A stretch of 52,468 nucleotides of DNA from Neophaeotheca triangularis (lineage: Eukaryota): NCBI GenBank assembly GCA_054600435.1, contig BAAIJX010000012.1, forward strand, positions 496,001 to 548,468. Reading direction: 5' to 3'. The notes beneath the pieces are model-generated. The model ran no database searches, was not told where the DNA came from, and worked only from the letters and a program-made list of their open reading frames with translations. The position numbers were made by a program, and so were the translations under genes. Below are positions 1 through 10,000 of this stretch, piece after piece (positions within the stretch are counted from its first letter, which is position 1; the number at the start of each line of letters is the position of its first letter).

Positions 1-1828
1 CTACCATCACATGGGCTATTCTGCCTCCTGGAAAAGTCTCGCGACCAGCGGTAAACTACGTATCTAACTCCACTGTAGGATGCTACTGAGACAAGCAAGG
101 GAATCTCGAACCGGAGGAAATTGAGCAATGCAAGCGTTCCTATGAAGAACCGCCTCACAACGCAGAACCAATTTCGGAACTCTATATCCCAAGCCATTCA
201 AACGCCCGAAAGGCCAGTCAATGAATTCTTTGGAGCACCATTCTTTGCTTCTGCGGTGTGCAAAGGACCTGAGCGGCGTTTCTTTCCCGCGTGCAGTACC
301 GCAAACCGAGCATCTTACGTTGGTCCTGGCCTTTCATTGGATCAGAAGGACGACGTTCCGGAGAGGCAAAAGCCAAGTGTACTCAGACGTAGAGGTTCAG
401 CGGCGCCATGCTCATTATCCGTCCAATCTCGGCCTTGGCTACACGAAGATTAGATGGGGTGGAGATGTGGTGGTTACCGTCGTTCCGGATATCACGTTTC
501 TCAAATGACCGAACATTTCTGCTGAACAGACCTCTACCGGACATATGGCCAGTTTATGTCACTGGCCGGAGGAGCGGATCCGCCTACACCTCTTGCTATC
601 TGTCGTTCTTGGTGGAAGCGTTGATGAGCAGATGCAGCCCATTGCAATAGCTACCGTGAACAAGCCAAGGAGTCACAAGGCACAACACCACGAAGTGAAC
701 AAGCACAAGGACTGGCCGCGTTCGAAAGCCAAGAGAGCTATACCAGAGCGAGAGACGAGCAAAATCATGCCCATATGTGTAGGTGAAGAAGACCAGGGGC
801 AAGCTTGGTCGTCAACTGAACAGCATCCATCCCGCCGCCGACCTCATCGGCCCGTGCACGCCACACCGCCACATGTCGCCGTCGCCGCACAGCCTCTCAC
901 CAGCCTCACAATCTTTCAAAGACTGTATATTTGACCTTTGCAGGACCGACGTTACCGAATCCGCGCTTTGGCCCAATGGTTGCCGCGTCCTGCACTTACC
1001 GACCACTCTGGATGATCCCGATCCAGGAATCGGAAAACACAGGCTTGACACCACCGACCGTGTATCCCCCTTCACCTCCCTTCACCTCCCTCCGCTTCCA
1101 CTCGCCAAATATTGAACGCGTCCCCCCCCCCACCTCCCTTCTTCCCTTCCCTCCACTTCAACTCCCCAAATACACAAATGGCTTAGACGGGCGGAGCGCC
1201 GGATTTGGTAGAGATGTAGACTACGAACTCCTATGCATGACTACGGACCGTCTAGTGTCCTTCAAAGGAGCCTTCGGGTCGAACTCTTTTGCCTTTTCCC
1301 TCTGACCGATGAACTCTATCTTTTTGTTGCTGGACATAGGAAGGTGAGTCCGGTGGCTGCTGCTAGCGTCGGGAAAGGAGGGCAAAGGGGTGAGTGTTCG
1401 AATCTCGAGGGGGTGGAGGTGGACTTTATGGGTTCCTTGACGCTTTATGGCGCTGCATCCAGCCATTGTTTCCAATGGCATTATGTAATATACGGCATAG
1501 TTATGACGGTAGGTTCGTACTATCTGAGCACATCTACCCTTTGTTGTCTATTTACTTCACATGTCTGCGGCGTTTGATTTCCTCGCGAATGTTATGGCCG
1601 GTTACATGTGGCAGTCCGCGGGTTTAAGCCAGCTTGCTCCAGGCAAAGACAGCAAGCAGGAGCTCCTTCCCAACCGTTCTATTTCGCGCAACGGCTACAA
1701 ACCTCTCATACCTTCTCTGCACTCTGACACTACGATACGTTCCCCACACCAGCGAGAAGAACACCCCAACCCTTCAAGCCTGCAGAAACCACACCTCTAC
1801 CACAACCTCCACCCCGACTTCCAATACC

Positions 1829-2979
1829 ATGGCCCGCCTCGCCACCGGCATTGCCGCGACCTTCGTTGACACAGATAACATGCCAAACCCGCCCCCTAAC
1901 GTCTCCATCTTCGAAGCGCTACTGCCGAAACGCGTAGTCTCGGCTTTCACGACATCCAGCCACGGCAGCGTCACCAGCCAGGAGAAGCAAAAGGTAGAGA
2001 ACAAACTGCGTCGGGTGAGTGCAATCGCTTTTGCTGCACCGGAAGAACCCCTTGACTCCTCTGAAAGCCAATGCCAGACAGCTAAACTGACATTTCTTTC
2101 CGCATCTAGGCTAGTACCTCCACCGGCGGCAAGAAGCGGATCAGGTACTTCGACGTTAGCCCTAACAAGGGCCGCAATGGAGGCAAAGCTCTTGTAGCGC
2201 ACAAGACTGCTTCCGAAGCGGGCGATGGCAAGAAAGACGACAGAACCGGTAAAGGCGATGCCGCTAAGGGAGATTGGCAACAAGTCGGCGGTGGCACCTG
2301 GAAGGGGAAGAACGATGGCGACCCCGCGAAGAAAGACGACAAGAAGGGCGATGCGGCTGCTGTTGAGGAGAAGGATCGCAACGAGCCCTGGACCGACGAG
2401 GAGGATGCCAAGCTAGCTGAGCTGAAGGCTGAGGGTAAGCCATGGAAAGCGATTGCCGAAGAGATTGCGGGCAGGCCTGTTTGGCAGTGCAAACAGCGAT
2501 TCAAGGAGCTGCCGGCGGATGGCAACAAGCTTAGGGGTGGCAAGGATAGCAAGGACAAACTCGCGGGCGCCGGGGTCAAGAGGGACGAAGGAAAGAGCGA
2601 TAAGGGAGGCAAGGGAGAGGCAGCGAAGGGAAAGACAGCGCAAGACGGCAAGAAGCTCACCAAGAAAGAGAAGAAAGCTCTCAAAGCCGCCGGCGGCGAT
2701 CTTGCCACCGACCCGGACCCCCTCGTCCCCGGCGCCTGGCCGGCTTCCAGACCCCTTCGGAGCACCCACGGCGGCACCATCCACAACGAAGGTGTCGTCC
2801 GCATCATGGACGAGGACGCCATGTTCAATTACGGTGAGCTACGGTGCCTTGTCGAACTCATCAACATCGATCCTGATGCCAGCTGGCAGCGTGTCGCGGC
2901 TAGGTTTTTCAATCGGACTGGAAGACGGGTTGAGGCGGAGGATGTGAGGGACAAGCTTGAGTTTTGGTCGGCAGTCTAG
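1829..2979 (+). CDS. Myb/SANT-like domain protein, 2 exons (1829-2014, 2110-2979)
   Basis: ATG at 1829. Intron GTGAGT(2015)...CTGAC...TAG(2109), phase 0. Exon 2 is open to TAG 2977-2979 and encodes PWTDEEDAKLAELKAEGKPWKAIAEEIAGRPVWQCKQRFKEL (Myb-type W spacing), plus a C-terminal SWQRVAARFFNRTGRRVEAEDVRDKL helix. Not recovered as a single ORF in the track. Confidence 0.8.
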
Positions 2980-4064
2980 GGAAGGCGAGAAAGCGGTTCG
3001 TGAAGGGCAATGGGGCTGGGAGTGAGAAGTGAGGGTAAGGTACGGATTGACAGTGTGGTTGCTGAGGTTCGATATGGTGCGGTTTTGCTTTTCTCGACAC
3101 TGATGCTACGAGACTTGACGAGAGCGAGTGGCTAGGAGAAGAGAAAAGATGAGTTCACAGAGAGAGCCACTTTCTCCGGAAACTTGCGAGGCAAACCTTT
3201 GCTCAACATACGACTTTGCTGGTAGATGCTTGTGCAACCGTAGCTAACACGACTCTGAAATGACTATGAACTTCGACAAGCTGGTGACAATCAAGATCCC
3301 GCACTTACTTCCGATTCACTCGAGGATCAGGAGAGAGCCTCCATGATCCTACTAGGCCCCTTGAGTATATGAGAAGCCAGCCAGGTGTAGTCCAGTTTCA
3401 AGCGATCCAGGAAAAGGCAAAGTGCCCACGACAACAGCTTCCAGAGGCACACTGCTGCAGGGAACTCAGCTTTAGAAGAGACCGTCGAGGCTTTTCCATG
3501 ATTCCGAAAGGTAGTTCCCTAGCCCACTTTGCTCTGATTACAGTAAAGTACCGTCTTCGATTCGATTCGATCCTTGCTCTACTTTATTGGAGCAACCCAC
3601 TTTCTCCCTCTCCCATTGTCCAGCAAGCATTTCGATCAGCCATCTGAGCCAAGTCCTCATTGTACTTGCTTCGAATGAGTGCTTCCTTACATTGGAAGTA
3701 TGTTTTCATTAGATTCTACTCTAATCAACATCACATTACCTCCTTCTTTGAAAATAATAATTTCAGTAGAACCAAGCGCAGTCTTACAATCAATGGATGA
3801 GGTTGGGTGTCTCTAATCCCTAGCCCCGCAATATCAGCCCCACCTTGCCCACCTCATACCTACCTACCTGGGTAGTAGGCGGGCTCGCTAAAGACTGCAG
3901 GTGGCATCCGACCCGACCTCACCCATTCGCTCTGACGTAGGACGAGACCGCAAATAACAAAACCCGCCCAGGTCTCGAAGAAGCCTCTCTTCAGCTTCAT
4001 CTTCCAAGCAACCCAAACCACTCTCCCGGAGACCTCTACCTACAACCATATCTCTATACCCACA

Positions 4065-4784
4065 ATGGCACCAATCATGGCCGACTCCTTCCTCTCCGCC
4101 ATCGACCTCAGCCAACCCAGCTTCTGGAGTGAGTCGACCCTCTCCGTGCCCAACACCTCACCGCCCTCCCCGGCCCTCCCTCGCACTAAAAACTAACCAC
4201 CCAACCACCGCCACCCAGTCGCAGCAGGCTCCATACTCTTCAACCCCACCTTCTGGAACACAGCCGCCCGCAGCGAATACCACAACCGCACCCTCTCCAA
4301 ACTCTTCAACGGCAACCGGCTCTACGCCTGCTACGGCCTAGCCGCCACAATCTTCTCCCTCGGAATCTTCCGCGACCTCCTCTACGAGCGCTGTCTCCGC
4401 GAGCAACCCCAGCACCCCGCTCTCCTCGGCCCGCTCCCCCAAGCCCTGGCCGTGGCACTCGTCGCTTCCGGGAATGTGCTGGTGCTGACTTCCATGTACG
4501 CGCTCGGTGTCACCGGGACGTATCTGGGCGATTACTTTGGTATCCTGATGGACGAGATGGTTACCGGCTTTCCTTTCAATGTCACCGGCGCGCCCATGTA
4601 TTACGGCAGTACTATGAGCTTCGCTGGTACGGCGCTTTGGTTTGGGAAGCCTGCGGGTTTGGTGTTGACGGCCCTGGTTTTTGTGGTTTATCAGATTGCT
4701 CTTGCGTTTGAGGATCCATTTACTAGTGAGATTTATGCGGAGAGGGAGAGGAGGGAGAAGGCGGAGGGGAAGAAGGGGAGGTAG
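4065..4784 (+). CDS. OPI3: Phospholipid N-methyltransferase (PEMT/Opi3), 2 exons (intron 4129-4218)
   Basis: Spliced product reads ...SFWIAAGSILFNPTFWNTAARSEY...SMYALGVTGTYLGDYFGILMDEMVTGFPFNVTGAPMYYGSTMSF...FEDPFTSEIY, the diagnostic PEMT motifs. Intron GTGAGT...ACTAAC...CAG. Confidence 0.95.
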
Positions 4785-5154
4785 AGGATTGAGTTGGCTG
4801 AGCTGGAGGGTTAGTGAGAGTTGTGCTAGTAGGGGGATTGAAGTGGTGAGGCCAAAGGGGAAGAGGAGTTGGTGCTGAGGAATCCAGAGTGTTTTGGACG
4901 GGCGGAGTTGTTTTCGAGATACCCATCATGTGCTCCCATTCAACATGAGCGTCGGCGTTTTACTTTAGTTACGGCAACGAAAAAAGGCGGAAAGATGGCA
5001 TTGGACTTGGGAAGGCGGAGGTCACCAAAAAGAACAAGGGCCATGATGGGCGACGGAGCAGCAACGAAGATAGAGAGGCAGTAGCATCAACGCCTGCCCG
5101 GTTTCCTATACAGTTTAAGAAAGAATACACACAGATCGAACAACCCAAGCGGTC

Positions 5155-7059
5155 CTACAACTTTGTACTCTTGACCAAACCTCCCTTGATACCAGTGAGC
5201 TCACCCTTGTACCCACCCTTCCCTTCACCGCCCTTATAGACAGGCTTCATACTCGCCAACTTCTTCTTCTTCTCATCGAATCTCTTCCTCTTCTTGACAC
5301 GCGGGTTCCGCACGTCCTTCTTGCGATGTGGCGTCAAGCCCTTGTTCTTCTCAATCGCATAGCTGATCTTTCTCTTGCCGTCCGCGCCTACAATCTCCTC
5401 GGGAACGACATGTCCGCCTGTGAGCGCCGCTTCGCGCTGCGCTTGCGCCAACGCAACCTTCTCGGACTTCTTCTTCGCCGTCCGCGATGCCACGAGGTCG
5501 TAATAGCCGTCTTCGTCCTCGGCGCCGGCGTTGTCGCGGATTTCTCGCGCGGCTGCTGCGTCGCCTTCGTCGCTCTCGCCGCCCAGATCATCACCAAGAT
5601 CTGACTTCTTGTTGTTGCCGCGTTTCTCTGCTTCGGCGTTGAGACGGGCTTGGCGGTCCCGCAAGCGTTCGCGGTGAGGGATGTCGTCGTCGCCGCCGGC
5701 GTTGCGGCCCGCCGCGCCGCGCTTGTTGGCTTTTTGCGCAATTTGCGAGGTGTAGAAGCGAAGGGACTTTTTGTGTTGAGCTTTGGCTGCGGCTTCCGAG
5801 GCTGTGAGGGGTGCTTCCTCGCCGAGGTCCGAGTCGTCGTCGTTGGCGGGGTTTGTAGGTTTGGTGGTAGGTTTCGATTGTTTCTTCTTGAGAGCGGAGG
5901 GGGCGACAAGGTTGTCGAGGTTGGCCAGATCGGCTTCGGTGCGTGCGAGGCGTTCTGCTTTGCGGGCAGCGGAGGCGGATTGGACTGCGTCGGCATGACG
6001 TTCGGCGCGGGACTTTTTGGGTTTGTTGTCTTTCTTTGCGGCCTTCTTGGTCTCTAAAGCGCCGTTAGAGAGCTGCAATGGCGCTGGCTCAGGCGACTCA
6101 TCAGCCAGCTGCTCGTCTTCTGGCAGTCCTTGGGCCGTCTGCCAGAGTTCGCGACACTTCACTAAGCTATCCATGACCGGGTGGTCGCGCAGCTTGGTAG
6201 CTGACATTGCCGCGCTCTTCTTGTTCCCATCTTCAGCAGTGGATGTCAAAAGCACAAAGTACATAGTCAGCGAACCCAGGTACGCAGACGCAGCACGATA
6301 TTTCGCCATCGCATTCGGCACCTCTTCCTTGCCTTTCCCCTTGATCTCCTTCTCCAACATAGTGTGCGTCTCCTTGACCGCCAACAACTCTTTCCCCAGA
6401 GGCTCAAACTCCGGATACCTTGACTTCAGCAACTTCAACCGCTCCGCCGGTCCCATGTCCTCCGCAATCTGCAACTGCGGCAGCACCTCCGTAACAACAC
6501 CGTTCTGCTTCTGACCCTCCTTAGCGTCCTCTTTCCCAGCCTTTCGCCACTCCTCTTCATCAAACCCATAATCCGCAGCGCTCAAACCCTGCAGCTGCTT
6601 CCTCTGCAACCGCAGCGCCTCAGCCTCTTCCTCGAGCGCCTGCTCTTCAGTCTCAATTTCATCAGCGCCGTAAAGATCCTCTTTCGAAGTCCCCCAAGCT
6701 AGACCCTCTTCCTCGTCTTCTTCGTCGTCCTCACCACCGAGCCCCTCATCGCCATCCGAATCCTGTCTAGCATATCGTCCGTCTTCCTCAGCACTATCGT
6801 CTTCGTCCTCCTCAGGCTCAGAATACCCCAGAACTTCCTCCTCCTCAGGCTCAATAAACTCCTCATCCTCTCTAACCTTCCTCCTCCTCTTCGCGTCAGG
6901 CTCTTCTTCCAACAAAAGTTTATCACGATTCAAATGGAACTCGTCGTCAGAGTCCGCGACGTCCTCGAAAGTTTTTATGCGCTTGCGGGAGGATTCTTCG
7001 GGCGGCGGTTTACTTGCACCGGCGTTGGAGTTGCTGGTGCGAGAGCGCTTTTTGCCCAT
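5155..7059 (-). CDS. SAS10: SSU processome component Sas10/Utp3
   Basis: 634-aa ORF with acidic N-terminus, central Sas10/Utp3/C1D region (HPVMDSLVKCRELW) and Sas10 C-terminal motif KRKISYAIEKNKGLTPHRKKDVRNPRVKKRKRF...YKGELTGIK. Confidence 0.95.
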   Translation of the reverse strand: MGKKRSRTSNSNAGASKPPPEESSRKRIKTFEDVADSDDEFHLNRDKLLLEEEPDAKRRRKVREDEEFIEPEEEEVLGYSEPEEDEDDSAEEDGRYARQDSDGDEGLGGEDDEEDEEEGLAWGTSKEDLYGADEIETEEQALEEEAEALRLQRKQLQGLSAADYGFDEEEWRKAGKEDAKEGQKQNGVVTEVLPQLQIAEDMGPAERLKLLKSRYPEFEPLGKELLAVKETHTMLEKEIKGKGKEEVPNAMAKYRAASAYLGSLTMYFVLLTSTAEDGNKKSAAMSATKLRDHPVMDSLVKCRELWQTAQGLPEDEQLADESPEPAPLQLSNGALETKKAAKKDNKPKKSRAERHADAVQSASAARKAERLARTEADLANLDNLVAPSALKKKQSKPTTKPTNPANDDDSDLGEEAPLTASEAAAKAQHKKSLRFYTSQIAQKANKRGAAGRNAGGDDDIPHRERLRDRQARLNAEAEKRGNNKKSDLGDDLGGESDEGDAAAAREIRDNAGAEDEDGYYDLVASRTAKKKSEKVALAQAQREAALTGGHVVPEEIVGADGKRKISYAIEKNKGLTPHRKKDVRNPRVKKRKRFDEKKKKLASMKPVYKGGEGKGGYKGELTGIKGGLVKSTKL

Positions 7060-7134
7060 GGTGTCTAATTGAAGGTGTTGTAATGGTGGAGTTGAGAGAT
7101 GGAGAAAGACTCGGAGCGATGCCTCTAAAGCTTG

Positions 7135-7177
7135 AGAAACTTTTGGAGATGCGAGATCTTGAGGCTTATCTTATCGC
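7135..7177 (-). promoter_or_regulatory. Candidate ribosome-biogenesis promoter elements (RRPE-like AAACTTTT and PAC-like GCGATAAGATAAG)
   Basis: On the minus strand GCGATAAGATAAG lies about 110 nt upstream of the SAS10 ATG, next to an AAACTTTT tract. These resemble PAC (GCGATGAG) and RRPE motifs of ribosome-biogenesis genes. Function is inferred. Confidence 0.4.
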
Positions 7178-7308
7178 AGGGAAAGTCACGAAGCTTGGCG
7201 GTCGATATGGTTTGGCATTACCCGGGCTACGGCATGAGTGAAAAGATATCCTAGCATATTATCAACATGTAAGTTGTGCAGAAGATGGTGGATACGCCAA
7301 AACAAGTC

Positions 7309-8453
7309 CTAAGATCCTGCCCTCTGCTTCCCTTGCTCCAAAAGCCAACCCACACCCTCAACACTATCCCCCAGTCGCCTCCGACTAGCCGGAGCCTGCG
7401 GGAAAAGACTCCACCAGCAATGCGGCCATCCAGCGTACAGATCCAAACGCGTAGCAATGCCAACCTCCTCCCTCAGCACCTTCTCAAAGATCAATCCATC
7501 ATCCCTTGACGGATCCGCACCACAGACTTGAAAGTAGACGGGAGGCAACCCCTTCAAACCCTCCATGACCTCGCCTTCAGCATCTCGAGGGTTGTGCTGG
7601 TCGAAACTCGCCCAGAGCGGTGACTTGTGATCAGGGTTGAACGCAGAGTAGAAGACCTTGACAGTCTTGGCGTTGAGGATCGGGGCCGTGGCGTTTTGCT
7701 CGCGGCTTAGATACAGCGGCTGGTATTTCGGCGGGACGTGTTGGGAAGACATGATCGAGCCAGCGATGTAGAAGAGACCTGTCAGTGGTGGCGAGAGAGC
7801 GTTGTCCCGCGCCAGGTGCGCGAGAGAGGTGGCGATGTTGCAGCCGGCGGATTCGCCTGCGATGATGAAGCCGCTGCTGGGTGAGACTTGAGAGGGAAGA
7901 CTCGTGTCAGAAGGGTTTTGCGCGCAGGCTGCTATGTGTTGAAGGATTGCCCAGCCGTCGTTGTGGGCGGCTGGGAAGGGGCTTTCCGGGGCTAGACGGT
8001 AAGACGGCAGGACCACGACGGCATTGTGGGCTTGGACTAGGGCGCGGGCGAGCGTGACTTGCGTTTCCGGGTAGCCTAGGCAGAATCCGCCTGGAGAATA
8101 GGTTAGCTCGTGCTTCCTTCGAGGGCCGATAGTGTCATTCACTTACCTCCATAGAAGAGGACTATGAGCGGCGACGCAGCGGGAGCCTGCTTTGGGCTCA
8201 GAATGATGCAGCGAGACGTAAAGCCCGTCGACAGAGGCACATGGATCTCCTTTTCATCGACATCTTCCGGCCTTGAATCGGCGAGGGCCTTTTGCGTGTA
8301 GGGCAACATGGCCATCGCCCCTTCCTTGACTATCTCGAGGTCATCAGGAAAGTCGGTAGATCGATTGCTGGCCTTTTGAGCATCAATGTACTCTTGAGAC
8401 AAAGTCCCGGTGGCAAGGAGATCTTCTTTGGTTCGGGGCGGTGTTGAAGGCAT
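7309..8453 (-). CDS. Alpha/beta hydrolase, HSL/Abhydrolase_3 family esterase, 2 exons (intron 8091-8146)
   Basis: Spliced LIVLFYGGGFCLG oxyanion motif, YRLAPESPFPAAHNDGW, nucleophile GESAG, GADPSRDDG (Asp) and GWPHCWW (His). Intron GTAAGT...GCTAAC...CAG. Confidence 0.92.
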
Positions 8454-9042
8454 ATTGGGCGTAGTGCTGGGTATGTGGTCGTTGGTGTGAGGGTATTGGA
8501 GATATGAGTAGTAATGTACGATCGACATCAAATTCGGCTTCTCGTGAATGCCCTACCTTTCTATCGGTGCTGTTGAACTGAAATACTGTCGAGATGGTTG
8601 AAGAGCCAACGTTGCCTCGAATGGAAGGTCATCATCAACAACTCCACTACCGCTTGCCGAGCTCCATGATGGTCGTCGACCTTGTATATTCGAGTAACAG
8701 AACGATGCACCAACATTTGCATTTCCATTTGACATGCTGTTGCTATGAGGTGATTTACGCACATCCGTCCTTGTGTCATGGCTCTCACGTTGATATCATT
8801 CATCATATGGGCAGATGGCAAGAGGGGGGTGGTGAAGACAAGACCACCTCAAGCCGAAGCGGTCAAGGTCTGTGCTTTCAGATTCGAGACGACATGCATG
8901 TCCCGATCCGATCACACTGCTCAGCAAGACGTCGAACGCGAGATTGACTAGCTCATAGGGGGCCAGTATCTCGGGCACAAAAGGCCATGGAGTACTGAAA
9001 AATAATCACATCTCCTTGCCCAGGCATTCTCAAGACACGGCC

Positions 9043-9423
9043 ATGCCAGCAAACCGCACCGAAATCCTCCACGCCTACCGCGCCCTGTACAAGCACTCTC
9101 TGCGCGCAGTGCAATACTCGATCCCCTCGCGCTACACATTCCGCGACCACATCCGCTCCGCTTTTCGCTCCTCTCACGTCTCTGAATTCGACGCAATCCG
9201 CATAGCCAAAACGCTACAATTCCTCGACGGCGCCGCAAAGTACAGAGGACTCGAACACAGGATAGTCAAGAACCTCTCGCGTGTCTGGTGGGAGAGGGCG
9301 AGGCTGCCATATCAGAGAACGCATGAGCGGCCGGACGTGAGGCCTTTCCGTATGAATGCTTACGATGACTTTGATCGGACGATTGAGGGGTTGAATACGA
9401 GTATGGGGCTTTGTATTAAGTGA
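9043..9423 (+). CDS. Small LYR-like (DUF1763-type) putative mitochondrial protein
   Basis: ATG at 9043. EILHAYRALYKHSLRAVQYSIPSRYTFRDHIRSAFR...TLQFLDGAAKYRGLEHRIVKNL...LNTSMGLCI matches the fungal LYR-like/DUF1763 pattern from memory. Confidence 0.75.
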   Translation: MPANRTEILHAYRALYKHSLRAVQYSIPSRYTFRDHIRSAFRSSHVSEFDAIRIAKTLQFLDGAAKYRGLEHRIVKNLSRVWWERARLPYQRTHERPDVRPFRMNAYDDFDRTIEGLNTSMGLCIK

Positions 9424-10000
9424 ATGGCAATACCATGGCGGCGGACCTATCTTACCGGATATAGGCTGGATACCTTGATTATGTCCTCTGGAGCGCAGAC
9501 TCAAGCGGCCGGGAGACCTGACCATGACCGGCAGACTCATGCCCACCGACTCGCTCAAAGGCTGACTCCGAGCGGCTTTGCGAATGGATGTCTCTCACAG
9601 ACACGCATACCATCAGCCCAAACAACGTGGTAACATCACGCAAAAAGCAGTTGTCGGGCACCTGTCGTTTGGCCAATGTAGCCAACTCAGGATTAGTTCT
9701 TCAGCAGCAAAAGAATGAAGTGTGCACATGGCCCTTTCACGAGACCTCTTGAGGGTTCAGCGGGAGCAAGAATGCGTATCTATAGCGTAGCGACGAGTAG
9801 CGAATATTTGAAGAGCGGCTTTCAGCCAGTTCAAGAGCACGTGTATGTTTGTCTATCTTTCTAGATGCAACTGTATGAAGTCGTTCAATCTATGCCGTAC
9901 GCCGCTCTTGGAAGCAATGGCTTCCACGGTCTCCATTCAGCCAGCGGACATGCTCCCCTCTCAAAGCCCGTACAGCGTGGGCATAGGTGTTGCTCGGAGC

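Noticed and set aside
1..1630. Possible gene fragments at the window start
   Set aside because: Only short ORFs with no motif, and no consistent splice model could be built.
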